Source: Antedon mediterranea (Eukaryota > Animalia > Echinodermata). Taken from it: a DNA stretch of 64,000 nucleotides. The notes under the pieces were generated by a model. The model worked only from the letters and a program-made list of their open reading frames with translations, searched no databases and was not told the DNA's origin. Below, piece by piece: positions 26,940 through 40,362 of this stretch (the stretch's first letter is position 1; the number at the start of each line of letters is the position of its first letter). The stretch spans positions 34,779,648 to 34,843,647 of the forward strand of contig NC_092673.1 of assembly GCF_964355755.1 (NCBI RefSeq), written 5' to 3'. Both the position numbers and the translations under genes were made by a program.

Positions 26940-27882
26940 TATACTTTTTTTAGTAGAAAGAGCTTAAGGCTCAGATTTGATGTATTGTAATTGTTATATT
27001 ACCTTTACTTACAACTTTAGATTAAGACAAATACACCTTGAAAAGAACGTATTCTTGTTTTATACTGTACTGCATTCCCTCCATAATATTCCTGATTTCC
27101 TTAAAAGGTACCTCCGATTTAAAAATGTTATTGTATGTAAACATTTGCAATTGTAATAACATTATTCATGTTCAACGGCAGTGATCCAGAACAAGTATTT
27201 AGAAATAAGACACTATGTTTAAAATAAATGAAAAGTAATAAATACATTTTTCATTTTAACCCTGCTGTCAGAAAAATAAGTATTATTATTAAGTGATGGC
27301 AAATATTTGTATGAAACAGAAAATTTAAACTTGTAAATTTCCTTGTAATCATACTTATTTGTCAAAAGTAATAGTATTTAATAGTATTAACTATTTATTT
27401 GTAATGTTTTGTATGCATTTTGTACCTTGCCAACATTACTTGTATTTGTATATATTTCTTTTCATTGTAGTTATCATTTACATCTCCTAATGTATGTTGT
27501 TAACTTTGTATTCCGTTGTCGTATAGTATGTTTTAACAAGGCAATCTAACAACAGGACACTGAGCTCGCCTTGCCAAGATAGGAACTCGTAACAGTCCTT
27601 TGATCTTATGTCTGGCTGCAACAAATACCAACAGTACTGTACTATGTACATATTCCCATGTGCGGTGTCTGTTGAGTGGCTGATATCGCTGTTTGTGTCA
27701 CAGCCACAGATAAACCCTTTGATCTCCAGAGCTCAGAATCCTGTTGTTAAATTGTCTTGGTTATAACTTCTATGTTTTACCTTGTATGTACAGATTTTAT
27801 ATACTTCATATACTTGATATCCGTCCATCATTTTGTGTTGTTTTTAGTATATATGCAATAAAACTAATGTACTTGCTTTTTA

Positions 27883-28515
27883 TCTACAAATTACAGATCT
27901 GTAAGTATACCTATCAAATCATAAATAAGTTAAGATTAAGACAAATTACAGATCTGTAAGTATACCTATCAAATCATAAATAAGTTATGTGCCATCTCTC
28001 CTAGTTAGTATAGATTCTAGATTTGTAATCGACAAATTACAGATCTGTAAGTATACCTATCAAATCATAAATAAGTTATGTGCCATCTCTCCTAGTTGGT
28101 ATAGATTCTAGATTTGATTTAATATTCAAATTCATAAAAAATTGACCTGGAATCTTGTTTTGAAATATTTTATTAAATGGCAAATTACGGCACTACATAA
28201 AAAAAAAACATTAAACAGATACTTATATGACAAGTTTACAGTCCTTAAATATGAAAAATATCGGTAAATTATAATTTATTGCAAATACAAGTATAATAAT
28301 AAAGAATTACCTAAAATAACACTTTGTTGATGATATTGCAGTAGAGCCTCTACCTTCAGGACCCAACAGAGTTTCCCCTGAATAGAGAGGTTAACTGTAG
28401 TGTTAAAACACTTGTTTGTTTAGAGCCTCTACCTTCAGGACCCAACAAAGTTTACCCTGAATAGAGAGGTTAACTGTAGTGTTAAAACACTTGTTTGTTT
28501 AGAGCCTCTACCTCT
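27883..28515. repeat. Two short local tandem duplications (~85 bp and ~79 bp units)
   Basis: acaaattacagatctgtaagtatacctatcaaatcataaataagtta x3; tagagcctctaccttcaggacccaaca...ttgtttgtt x2. Confidence 0.85.
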
Positions 28516-29568
28516 ACCTTGTTTGTTTCAAGGGAAAGTTTCCTCAAATATTGTTAAAATATTATTTACTTGAAAAAACTGTGATTTAACTAGTCAAATT
28601 GTCTGTCAGACAATGGGTTTTTGGTTAAATTTGACTGTTTATTTTGTCAGAAAAGTGAAATCTTTATTTATTTTTCCGCCTATAGCATTAATAATAATAA
28701 TAATATCAACATTTATTAGTTTCTATCAATGGTAAAACAATACAATAAAAAAAGAATGATAATTTATAAATAACTTCATTAAAACTGCAAAATGACCTAA
28801 TAAAAGTTTGAGTTTAAAAATATTCAGAAAAATAATGAATTATAAAGTTATTTATTTACTTTAAGTACATACCGTACTTTACAATTCAAATATGCATTTT
28901 AGATAAACACCACATTTTTGTTTAACAATGTTTATTTCGCACATCTCAGGAGAGACATTGACAGTGACCCTTTGAATGTATTCAACATAATTTGTGTAAC
29001 TTTGTGTTTTACAGTTATTTGTCAAATGGTAATATTGATAGCATATGATTCAATGGTTAACTCACTCTACATATTATAACTATAGCATGGTATAGTCTAT
29101 AGCTAAATCCAAATCAACTTGTTGAAAATAACTAATAAATATGTATATCTGGCTAATAATCATTATTTTGTTATTTTATTATTGTCTTGCAATTATATTG
29201 GATTTATTTAATTCCTGACATAACTTTTATCTACATATTAAATATGAAGTTTATTTTAAACAATTCATCCCACATCACTAGACAAATTAAAAAGAAAAAA
29301 GATGAAATAAGAAGTAGGTTACATCAATAACTGTTTATTACTTCTGTTTCCAGTCGTCTCTTTACAATCCGTAGTTTTCAAAGTACGCAGGAGAATTTTA
29401 TTAATTAATGAAATAATTGAAGTTTATAAGAGCTGAACCAACAATTTTAATGGAATTCATTCAGTACCCAAAAATATCTTTAAAAAATTGCGGGCGCTAT
29501 TCAAAAATGTTGCAAAACATGTGTATTTGCACCTGCAGTAAAAGTGACGACTGTTTACGATACGAGGG

Positions 29569-32500
29569 ATGAATATGTTCAAACAATTGCTTCAAACAGT
29601 CTGTTTCAGAATTACAAGAACAAGTAAATTTAAATATATTGATAATATACATTTCGTAGACATTGACCATTGATTTTCTAGTTGTTTATTGCAAGCTATA
29701 ATCTAGAAACTGTTGTTAGGCTAGGCCCAGCCAGACCTGGTCTATCACTATTTGTGAATTATTGGGGTTGGCACTATAGGCTAGATTAAGCGGGAGGAAA
29801 ACAGACGGTGAAGGTATAGGTGCCAGGCCTAGCTTGTCCACTACAACTGGAGTAGAATTGATTTCTTTTATTTTTAAACCCTTTATTCTAATTTAGGCCT
29901 ATTTTAAAATGTATTTTCTTTAACAGGTAATGGCATTATTAATACATCACATCGGTTAAGCCAGACGTTGTCTGCTTCAAACCAAAGTAAACATTTTTGC
30001 ACGCAACCCCAACCTGATGATGTAAGCATAGGCTATATTTTTGTATTTATTTCACTCGACCTGCAGTCTCAGGTTACATTTCATAAAATGCTACATAAAA
30101 AAAATCCCAACCTGTCGTACAGTATAGGTTATAAAGCTCTGTCCACACTATCAAACTTTATGTGACAAAAATGTCACATATGGACATATCACTACCATAT
30201 TTGGGCACAGCACACTTTTTTTGTCTAACTAATTCAATAGTGTAGACAAACGAGGACCGACGACACATCAAATGGCATCGCCGCAAATTGAAAGCTCCCT
30301 ATTGGTTCAATTCAACTGGAACACATGGCGTTTGCGTTTCATACATATAATACTTCTGAGCTTTACAGACACAAATCACCTTATAAACTTGAGACGCTTG
30401 TAAAGTAATATTAAACAAACATAAAAAAGGAAATAACTAGAGACTTGGAAAAAGTCTACAGCCAGCAGTTCAAGTAACGATAAAAAAAATTGTTGTGGTC
30501 ATTAACATAAGTCAATGACTTAATATAGCCACTCAGCACAGTCATAATCCTAAAATCTTCTGCCTGAATTGTACCAGAACCAATATAATCCAAGAAAATA
30601 AGACATTCATGATGAACATCATGTGCAGTCTGTAGTACCGTACTAGAGAAATTAATGTTTAATGTATGATTCATAACCAAGCAATTAACTATATTTCTAG
30701 AGAGCCAAGTATTTGAAATGTTCTAGGCAGAGTTGTTGTATGAAAATGACAAAGTTGAAAATTAAGGATGTTTTACTCATGCTTTCTTTTCTTGGAATAG
30801 TCAAACAATTAATTCATTCATTGATAAGAGATTCCGTTACATGTAAAAAAAATGTTCACTAGATAAAAATCCATGCTGCGCAATTATTATATACCGTTAT
30901 ATAAAAATCTTTTGGTTTTTGCAAAGAAAAATATAATTTTTTTAAGGAGTTGGCTAGATTAGATTGGGTTGATGATTATCCATATTTTACAACTTGGCAT
31001 GGGACATAAAAAGGTGTTTTTTTTTCAATTAGCCAATCAAAATTCAGGTTAACATTAAAATAAATTAAAATATAACATACTTAACAATTGATTCTGCCAA
31101 TACAGCGCTGTCTGAAAACCAGACTTTTATTGAAAAGGTCCCAAGTTTCTTTCTGCCATTAAAAACACATTTTAAAAAATAGCATAAAACCAGGAAAACC
31201 AGCCGTAGGCAACCAAAATGTGTTTGTGTATTATGATTTTTATTTATTTGTTTGTTTGTTTATTTGTTTGTTTGTTTATTTATTCTTTCTTTATTCTGCA
31301 GGCACTTTCAGTACTAGTGCACTGATTTTCAAAGTGGTACAGTAATTGGAAATATCATAACTAACATGATAACATGATAACATGACAAGCTCTGCTACGA
31401 AAAATGACATAAACGCTACCATAGGAGGTGTCGGCTTACTCCTAAGCCCCAGAGCAATTAAATCCCTTAACAAAATCGAGAAAATCAACTCCAGAATTAT
31501 TATTGCAAACTTCAACGGTAACCCAGAAACCACAAGTATCTCTTGCTACAGTCCTACAAACGTAGCAGATGAAGATTTGGTCACTCAATTCTACATCGAA
31601 CTATCCTCGTTAGTTAGAGATGTTCCAAAACATAATCTTTTATTGATTGGAGGAGATTTCAACGCTCAAATTGGTATGGAAAATAACAAAACTTTTTCCT
31701 TTCATGATCAGACAAACCGAAACGGTGAACTTTTTCGGGAGTTTTCTGTTGAAAACCGGCTGCTGGTTCTGAATACCAAGTTTCAAAAGAGAATGGGTAA
31801 ACTTTGGACCTTCCAATATGCAAACGGTAGAAAAGCTCAACTTGACTACCTTCTTATAAACCACAAATGGAAAAACAGCTGCTTAAACTGCGAAGCATAT
31901 AACAGTTTTGCCAGTGTGATATCAGATCATCGCATCGTTTCCAGCCGTATAAGACTGAGTCTTCGAGCAAACAACAAAAAACTTGATAATCCTCCGCCAT
32001 ATTATTGGAAGTCCTTAATACACGATGGTAATACCCTCGTGCGGTTCACCATTGAACTTAGAAATCGATTTGATGCTCTCCAAGATGAAAGTGTGATCGA
32101 CAATCCAGATACCACCTATGAAAACTTTGTGAAAGCACACTGGGAAGCCGCTTCCAACTGTATTCCCTTGAAACCTAAAAAACGCAAAAGAGTACCCTGG
32201 GAAACGCAGGCTATTCAAGACCAACGAGAGAGGATCAAATGATACAACTCGTAAAAATGCTAACCCTAACCCTACACCCCAAAACATCTCAAAATTCAAC
32301 AGAGAGAAGTTAAAGTTGACGAACTGGAAACCTATCTGCAAACTAAGATTGACTCGATTAAGCAATATTCGGTGAATAAGCAATCATCGATGGCCTGGGA
32401 TACGATTAATGAAATCTCAGGTAGAAAGCGCATCAGTCAAGCAAAGCTGAAAGCCACCAGTCAAAATGATCGTCTAAATCAATGGAAAAACCACTTCAAG

Positions 32501-35500
32501 AACCTTCTTGGCAACATTCCCAATATAACCAATGTGGAAACCATTGAGCTATTTCCAGCACAGACTGAATCTAATATCAAAATCGGTCCTTTTAACGACG
32601 AAGAGTTAAACAAAGCACTCACAAAAATGAAAAATGGAAAATCCCCAGGACTTGATGGGATTCCTCCAGAAGTGTGGAAAACGAAACATTTTAACAACGT
32701 ACTCTTGAAGTGTTGCAATGAGGTCTATGAACAAAGACCTATTCACTACTGGACAAGAGGCTGCATACTACCGTTTCCAAAAAAAGGAGATCTTGGAAAG
32801 GCCGAAAACTACAGAGGAATAACTCTCACCCCCATTGCTACCAAGATCTACAATCTTATGCTCTTGAATAGAATACAACCATGGATCGAGACAATACTTC
32901 GTAAAAACCAAAATGGTTTTAGACAGGGACGCTCAGCAAGCAGCCAGATTGTCACAATTAGGAGAATACTTGAGGGAGTGCGTGACAAAAATCTTCCTGC
33001 AGTCCTCCTCTTTGTAGATTTCGCAAAAGCCTTCGATTCTGTCCATTGTGAAAAGATGCGTGAAATTCTTCTCGTCTACAAAATTCCACTTGAGATTGTC
33101 AATGCCATAATGATGCTGTACAAAAACTCAAGTGCCCTGGTTCGTTCTCCAGATGGTGATACTGATCCGTTTCAGGTAAAAGCAGGCGTCCTTCAAGGAG
33201 ATACTCTCGCTCCCTACATCTTCATCATATGTCTTGATTATGTTCTCCGCTCGGCTATTGATCCACTCAACAAACACGGCTTAACATTGAAGCCAAGAAT
33301 CAGTAAGAGGTTCCCTGCGACATTGGTAACTGACGCTGATTATGCTGACGATATAGCCCTGTTGTCGAACACGATTGCTGGAGCAAAAACCCTCCTACAC
33401 GCCCTTGAAAATGCTGCATCCTCAATCGGCCTCCACATAAATGCCAAAAAGACAGAAAGTATGAACGTAAACTGTCAAGGTCAAATTCAAACTAGCTCCG
33501 GATACGCTCTCAATCAAGTCGACCAGTTAACCTATCTTGGCAGCAACATTGCCTCAACAGCAAAAGACGTTGATATACGTATCAGCAAAGCCTGGTCAGC
33601 TCTCAAACGCCTGACTGTCATATGGAAGTCCAACATCTCAAACAACATGAAGAAAAATTTCTTTAAGACCACAGTCGAGTCTGTCCTTCTCTACGGGTCA
33701 TCGACATGGACCCTAACTAAGAAACTTGAAAACACTCTAAACGGAACATATACTAGGATGCTACGAGCCGTTCTTAATGTTTCGTGGCAAGAGCACCTCT
33801 CCAACGCTCAGCTATATGGGAATCTTCGCAAGATCACCGATGTTATCAAAGAAAGAAGAGTCCGCTTTGTTGGACACTCTTTCCGCAACAAAAGTGAACT
33901 GATAAGCGAACTTATGCTCTGGATGCCATCACATGGGACAAGAAGACCAGGAAGGCCCCCAAAATCATTCATTGACCAACTAGTTGCGGACTCCGGCCAT
34001 ACAATTGAAGAGCTACCAAGAGCAATGATGAACAGAGACGGCTGGAAAGAAGTAGTCAAAAGGATCCGAGCAAGCTCGACGCAGTAGTAGTCGTAACATG
34101 ATAAAGTAAACAAAGAGTAATCAAAATAATAAATATAGAAAATTTACATTAAAATAGAAATCAATTTTAGAAAAGAAAACTTAGTATAAATATTGTATAT
34201 TTTGGAATGAAGTTATTGACATATTTTTAAAGTTAATTTTTAATTCATTTATTGGACATGGTCTACAAATGTCATAAAACTTCCACCACAACTCATGCTA
34301 GACACGTTTGATTTAAAACTTAATCCTATATGATTGAAAACATAATGTAATATTAACTAAAAATATATTTTTTAGCTTTGGAAATCACTCAACCATAACT
34401 TGCAGTATTAAAATGTTAATAGAGTTTAATATTAATAGAATATCTACAGATAGCCGTCCCTCGACTAGAATTGAGATTTTAATTATTAATTTGTATTTAA
34501 TTGAACTTTTAAATATTGTTAATTACAATTATATAATATTATTTATATTATTCATATTCATTTATTTCAAGAAAAAATAACACATAAAAAACAAGTATAG
34601 ACGATGGTCAACAAAACAAAAAAAAACCCATGACACCATTCTGGCGGATTGTCAAAAAGCAATAAGAATATCGCTGTAAACAGACTCTCTTGATAATTTT
34701 GGTTGACATAATTAAGCATTTACAATCTGGTTAAATAAAAATTATATAAATCAAATAAAAATTTATTTTTATTGTAAAGAAACATTTCCGTAATGTTGTT
34801 ATACCTTTTAATAGTTATGAGGATTGTTCGTGATATAATGTATGCCTACTGGTCTAAACTGGAAGGGTTGCTCTCTTTAAAGATGGTTAAAATAAGACCA
34901 AACAAAGAGTTATAAAAATGTAAATTTATGATTGTGCTATTCAAATTTATTTTCATATGATAAACACCCTATATGTAAATCAACAGGTAGCAATCGGCTT
35001 TAATTTTTTTTTTTTTTTAAATTTATTTTATTGGTACACCAATTTAAAATGTTTATGCGGTCTGCTATGCTTCACTGGCTCTGTGCCCGCTAGGTGCCAT
35101 TTAATGTAATTTTAATACAATTCAGTTAACATGATTTTTGAAAAATTATTTTTTTAGCCTAAATCTGACATGAGTGACCCGTTTGTGAGGGAGAAAACAA
35201 AGTGCTTATTGTGCCAGAACAATGTTCCACTTACTTATAAGGTTTGTCACTCCTTCCAATATTATAATAGCCAAGTTTAATGGCAGTTACCTGTAATATT
35301 ATGATAGCCAAGTTTATTGTCGGTTAGCTGTAATATTATGATAGCCAAGTTTATTGTCGGTTAACTGTAATATTATGATAGCCAAGTTTATTGTCGGTTA
35401 ACTGTAATATTATGATAGCCAAGTTTATTGTCGGTTAACTGTAATATTATGATAGCCAAGTTTATTGTTGGTTAACTGTAATATTATGATAGGCAAGTTT

Positions 35501-37289
35501 ATTGTCGGTTAACTGTAATATTATGATAGCCAAGTTTATTGTCGGTTAACTGTAATATTATGATAGCCAAGTTTATTGTCGGTTAACTGTAATATTATGA
35601 TAGCCAAGTTTATTGTCAGTTAACTGTAATATTATGATAGCCAAGTTTATTGTCGGTTAACTGTAATATTATGATAGCCAAGTTTAATGGCGGTTAGCTG
35701 TAATATTATGATAGCCAAGTTTAATGGCGGTTAACTGTAATATTATGATAGCCAAGTTTATTGTCGGTTAACTGTAATATTATGATAGCCAAGTTTATTG
35801 CCGGTTAACTGTAATATTATGATAGCCAAGTTTATTGTTGGTTAACTGTAATATTATGATAGCCAACTTTATTGCCGGTTAACTGTAATATTATGATAGC
35901 CAAGTTTAATAGCAGTTAACTGTAATATTATGATAGCCAAGTTTAACGGCGGTTAACTGTAATATTATGATAGCCAAGTTTATTGTCGGTTAACTGTAAT
36001 ATTATGATAGCCAAGTTTATTGTCGGTTAACTGTAATATTATGATAGCCAAGTTTATTGTTGGTTAACTGTAATATTATGATAGGCAAGTTTATTGTCGG
36101 TTAACTGTAATATTATGATAGCCAAGTTTATTGTCGGTTAACTGTAATATTATGATAGCCAAGTTTATTGTCAGTTAACTGTAATATTATTATAGCCAAG
36201 TTTATTGTCGGTTAACTGTAATATTATGATAGCCAAGTTTATTGTCGGTTAACTGTAATATTATGTAATACTTGCAATGCACAATATTCTGATGTTTTAA
36301 AAATCTCTCTCCTTTTAAATTATTTCATGTTGCTTTAAAAAGAACGATACCACTCTCTCCTTCATATGAATTGTTTAAAATAATCTTTTTTAGGCTTATC
36401 TTTCGTATTGATATTATTAAAGTGGTCAAGGCAAGGGTGCCACAAACCATAGCCATAAAACAGCATAGGTTCAAGTCTCTTTGACCATAGGACAAGTGTT
36501 TTGGAAGGATATACAAATGTGGCAATTTTCAGAAGAGTAGAGGGAACTTTCCCGGTGTCCTGTTTCAGTTCGGCCCTGTCATTATGGACAGAAGAATTTA
36601 TGATGTGTTTACATAAATATTGTATGTGTCGTCCACACCTGTGCACAATTCAGCCAAGTTAGGTTGCAAGACACAGCTCAGTCCCCAACATGTATTTAAT
36701 ATTGGATCAGATATATGTAAAATTATTCAATTATTTGTTTTATCATTTCAGAATGTCCAGTTATTATCACAATTTATTTCACCAAACACTGGACATATCT
36801 ATGGTCAGCGTATAACAAAGTTATGTAGACGGCAACAGAAGAGAATTTCTTATGAAATAAAAAGATCTAGACGAATGGGTAGGTATAGAATAATAATGAA
36901 TATCTTGGACTGCTGCCTTATTGAATGGAATAATTGAATAAATAAAACAGTAGGTGTGTTATAAAACAAATAATGAAGGTTTATATTGTCGAATTGTGAG
37001 CATATTTCATTCGTTAAGATTGGCTGCTCTATTTAGACTCCGCTCTTCTCATATTCATTCATTATTTGTATTTTATTTTCTTTCAGGATACATGCCAGTA
37101 ATGTACCGCGATACAATCTTTTTGAAGGATCCAGATCTCTTTGGTTCCCATTACGCTGGAGAGGTGAACATTGGTGACGCTGTTCGCTTAGAGCCTAGGC
37201 CACTGATAGACTCACCTGTACAGAAAAAAACAGAAAAGAAAGAAAGATTTAAAAGATCTACCGAAAGCAAGAAAACTAAAAAGAAATGA
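29569..37289 (+). CDS. MRPS18C: Mitochondrial ribosomal protein S18C (bS18m)
   Basis: Exons 29569-29623, 29927-30021, 35158-35241, 36752-36878, 37087-37289. Presequence-like N-terminus MNMFKQLLQTVCFRITRTS, then DPF.REKTKCLLC....TYKNVQLLSQFISP.TGHIYG.RITKLC..QQKRI..EIKRSR.MGYMPV.Y.D..FLKDP. Confidence 0.93.
31228..31285. repeat. (TTTG/TTTA)n microsatellite
   Basis: Directly visible. Confidence 0.85.
31381..34093 (+). mobile_element. 5'-truncated non-LTR retrotransposon (RTE-like, APE + RT) in MRPS18C intron 2
   Basis: APE motifs GGVGLLL, YSPT, GGDFNAQ, LDY, SDH (31382-32242). RT motifs KSPGLDG, NYRGITL, QNGFR, FVDFAKAFDSV, GVLQGD.LAP, YADD, YLG (32372-34087). (GTA)n tail directly at the stop; TSD taacatgataa at 31362/31370 and 34094. 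Confidence 0.95.
31382..34087 (+). pseudogene. Disrupted endonuclease-reverse transcriptase ORF of the LINE
   Basis: Two ORFs in the same frame separated by stops at 32240-32269; the intervening sequence reads plausibly in another frame (compensating indels). Confidence 0.85.
35258..36265. repeat. Minisatellite, 37 bp unit x ~27
   Basis: Unit taatattatgatagccaagtttattgtcggttaactg, starting ~17 nt after the MRPS18C donor at 35241. Confidence 0.97.
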
Positions 37290-37496
37290 AAAATAGAAAA
37301 TTGTAATGGAAGGTAAAATTAAGTTAATAAAAAAAAATATTAGAACATATACCTGGTTAAATTCTTCTTTGAGTTTACTCAGTTGGTTAGTCCATTTATG
37401 TAATAAATTGTATATGTTTTTATATCTGTTAGTTTGTCCAAATAATTCACGCAACGGTAAAGGTTTTTATATGCCATTGCATTGTCTAAATGGTAT

Positions 37497-38440
37497 ATGC
37501 AATAGTAGATTGCATGACCCAATCATGATTCATGCAATAGTAGATTGTTTAATCTACCATTGCATGACCCAATCATGATTCATGCAATAGTAGATTGTTT
37601 AATCTACCATTGCATGACCCAATCATGATTCATGCACTAGTAGATTGTTTAATCTACCATTGCATGACCCAATCATGATTCATGCAATAGTAGATTGTTT
37701 AATCTACCATTGCATGACCCAATCATGATTCATGCAATAGTAGATTGTTTAATCTACCATTGCATGACCCAATCATGATTCATGCACTAGTAGATTGTTT
37801 AATCTACCATTGCATGACCCAATCATGATTCATGCAATAGTAGATTGTTTAATCTACCATTGCATGACCCAATCATGATTCATGCAATAGTAGATTGTTT
37901 AATCTACTATTGCATGACCCAATCATGATTCATGCAATAGTAGATTGTTTAATCTACCATTGCATGACCCAATCATGATTCATGCAATAGTAGATTGTTT
38001 AATCTACCATTGCATGACCCAATCATGATTCATGCAATAGTAGATTGTTTAATCTACCATTGCATGACCCAATCATGATTCATGCACTAGTAGATTGTTT
38101 AATCTACCATTGCATGACCCAATCATGATTCATGCAATAGTAGATTGTTTAATCTACCATTGCATGACCCAATCATGATTCATGCAATAGTAGATTGTTT
38201 AATCTACTATTGCATGACCCAATCATGATTCATGCAATAGTAGATTGTTTAATCTACCATTGCATGACCCAATCATGATTCATGCAATAGTAGATTGTTT
38301 AATCTACCATTGCATGACCCAATCATGATTCATGCAATAGTAGATTGTTTAATCTACTATTGCATGACCCAATCATGATTCATGCAATAGTAGATTGTTT
38401 AATCTACCATTGCATGACCCAATAATGATTCATGCAATGG
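37497..38440. repeat. Minisatellite, 50 bp unit x ~18, each unit palindromic
   Basis: Unit tgcatgacccaatcatgattcatgcaatagtagattgtttaatctaccat. Confidence 0.97.
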
Positions 38441-40362
38441 TAAAGGTGTTTATCTGCTATTGCAGTCTAGATTATTTATATAATGGTGCGGTGGTAGATT
38501 TGTTTTGCCTTTGCACAAACCAACCATTACATAAACCAATCAGTCCAGCGTATTAATATACAATGATACATTTTGTTGGATCTACTGTTGCAGACCAAGA
38601 CCAAACATGCAGTGGTTGATGTTTTTGCTGTATTTGTTTGGTTTATAACTCAAAACAGTTCTTTTTATTAAGATTTTTTATTAAAATGAGATTTGATAGA
38701 TGAATATTTATGAATGTTTGTGGTGGTATAGATACCGCATCCCATAAAAGAAAAGATCTGAAAGACGAATTTGTCTCAAACAATCCGCAATCTAGCCTTG
38801 TATATTGATTATGATGCAGTCAATAGGAGAGAGAAGAGTTACTATTTAAACGGATTTGAACATATTATTAAAGCCCCATTTGTGTACTTGTGGGGATTTT
38901 AGTATTGGCGCAGATCCGTTGGGTGGGAGAAGCAGTCGGACATCCAGCATTCACGCAGTTTCAATTTTTTTTCAAAATTGTGTGTACAGTGCAAGAATCG
39001 ATGAAGAAAGCAATATTTTTCGTCCTCAAAAATCAGCGAGGAAAATTGTCATGCGTACCAAGGCTCTCTTCCCCATTTGCAGTATCTGCACCATGGATTA
39101 CATAGATATCATCTGACCATGGCTTTTCCAGAAGGGATCATCATTTAAAAAATATATTTTTAATATATTATTTATATATTAGCTGGCAAAACATACATAA
39201 TACAATTTAAATAAATAAAGAGGATTTTTCTGCTTGTTTGTATCAATAAAGTAATAAGTTATTTCTCAATGTTTGCATAAACAGTGAAAGATTTATTAGT
39301 AAAAATAAGAAATAATGATTGATATTACATAATAAATAAATGACATAATATTGAATACTACTACTACATAAGATTGATCACTAGGCTATTTTGACACCTG
39401 CATCGCATTAACAAATTAAAAATAAATGATGATAATATTAAGATAATGAAAACCAAATAAACTAGAGGCACGAATTAACTATGTTGATAAATACTGTAAT
39501 CGGCATATTTACGCCAATTAACTGCAATCAAGCACAGAGTTCGTTAAAATATGTAATGATTCAGTCTGACCAGGACGATAGCTAGATACACTATTTAAGG
39601 AGATCAATGCAAACATATTAAGTCGATTATTTACCTTGAAGATCTCGATTTATTTTGGAGTGAACTATTACCAGTTATCATCTTGTTCAAACATTGTTAG
39701 CATTCTCCGCGATTGTTACCGTCAATACGCTCATTCACGGTTTAGACCAGTAATTTCCCTATTTTATTTGTTGACCAATATTATTAACACGATAGCCACT
39801 TCTGTACAAACATGTGGCCAAAGCTAATGTCATTACCGCGCTGTTTCGTTGCTATGTCTTTCATATCATCCTTTACGTTGGATAAAAATTACCGCTTATT
39901 ACGTATAGGAGACTACTTAAGACATATGTACATTACATAAATCGCCGTTAGCCAGTCATCCGCAGTTTGTTCGTGTACTGACATACTACGAAATCGAGTG
40001 TATCTCGTTTACAAATTAAGGGTAATGAGTGAGACATCTTCAAAACTAATTGGTTTGTCATTTTAGTCCGGTGATACCAATCAAGCACTAGTTACAAGCG
40101 ATGTAATAAGTGCACCTAATGTATGTCTTTAATCGTGGAATATTGATTTTCACTCTGTTTAACTAAATATCTTTACATTGTAAGTGTAGCGGATACCGAT
40201 TTTTATGTGTCGCTTTTTATATCAGTCGGTGTAACTACGAATGATTTTCTAATTTATATAACACTTGAGAGTGATGCTATGATTCTTAACGGTGCAAGGT
40301 GGTCGTAAACTTGCCTTTTTAAATTTATCGTGACAGAGAAGATATGATGGACTTGGCATAAG

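Noticed and set aside
31301-31335. Cryptic exon candidate (ttctgcag|...aagtg|gtacag) in the MRPS18C intron
   Set aside because: The acceptor tract comes from a microsatellite, the donor is weak and it has an in-frame stop; unsupported without transcripts.
32260-32274. Telomere-like taaccctaaccct
   Set aside because: Only two units, inside the LINE coding region (NPNP).
35258-36265. CRISPR-like appearance of the 37-39 bp arrays (also 5302-5571 and 8830-9692)
   Set aside because: Head-to-tail units with no unique spacers, no cas genes, and a eukaryotic intron context.
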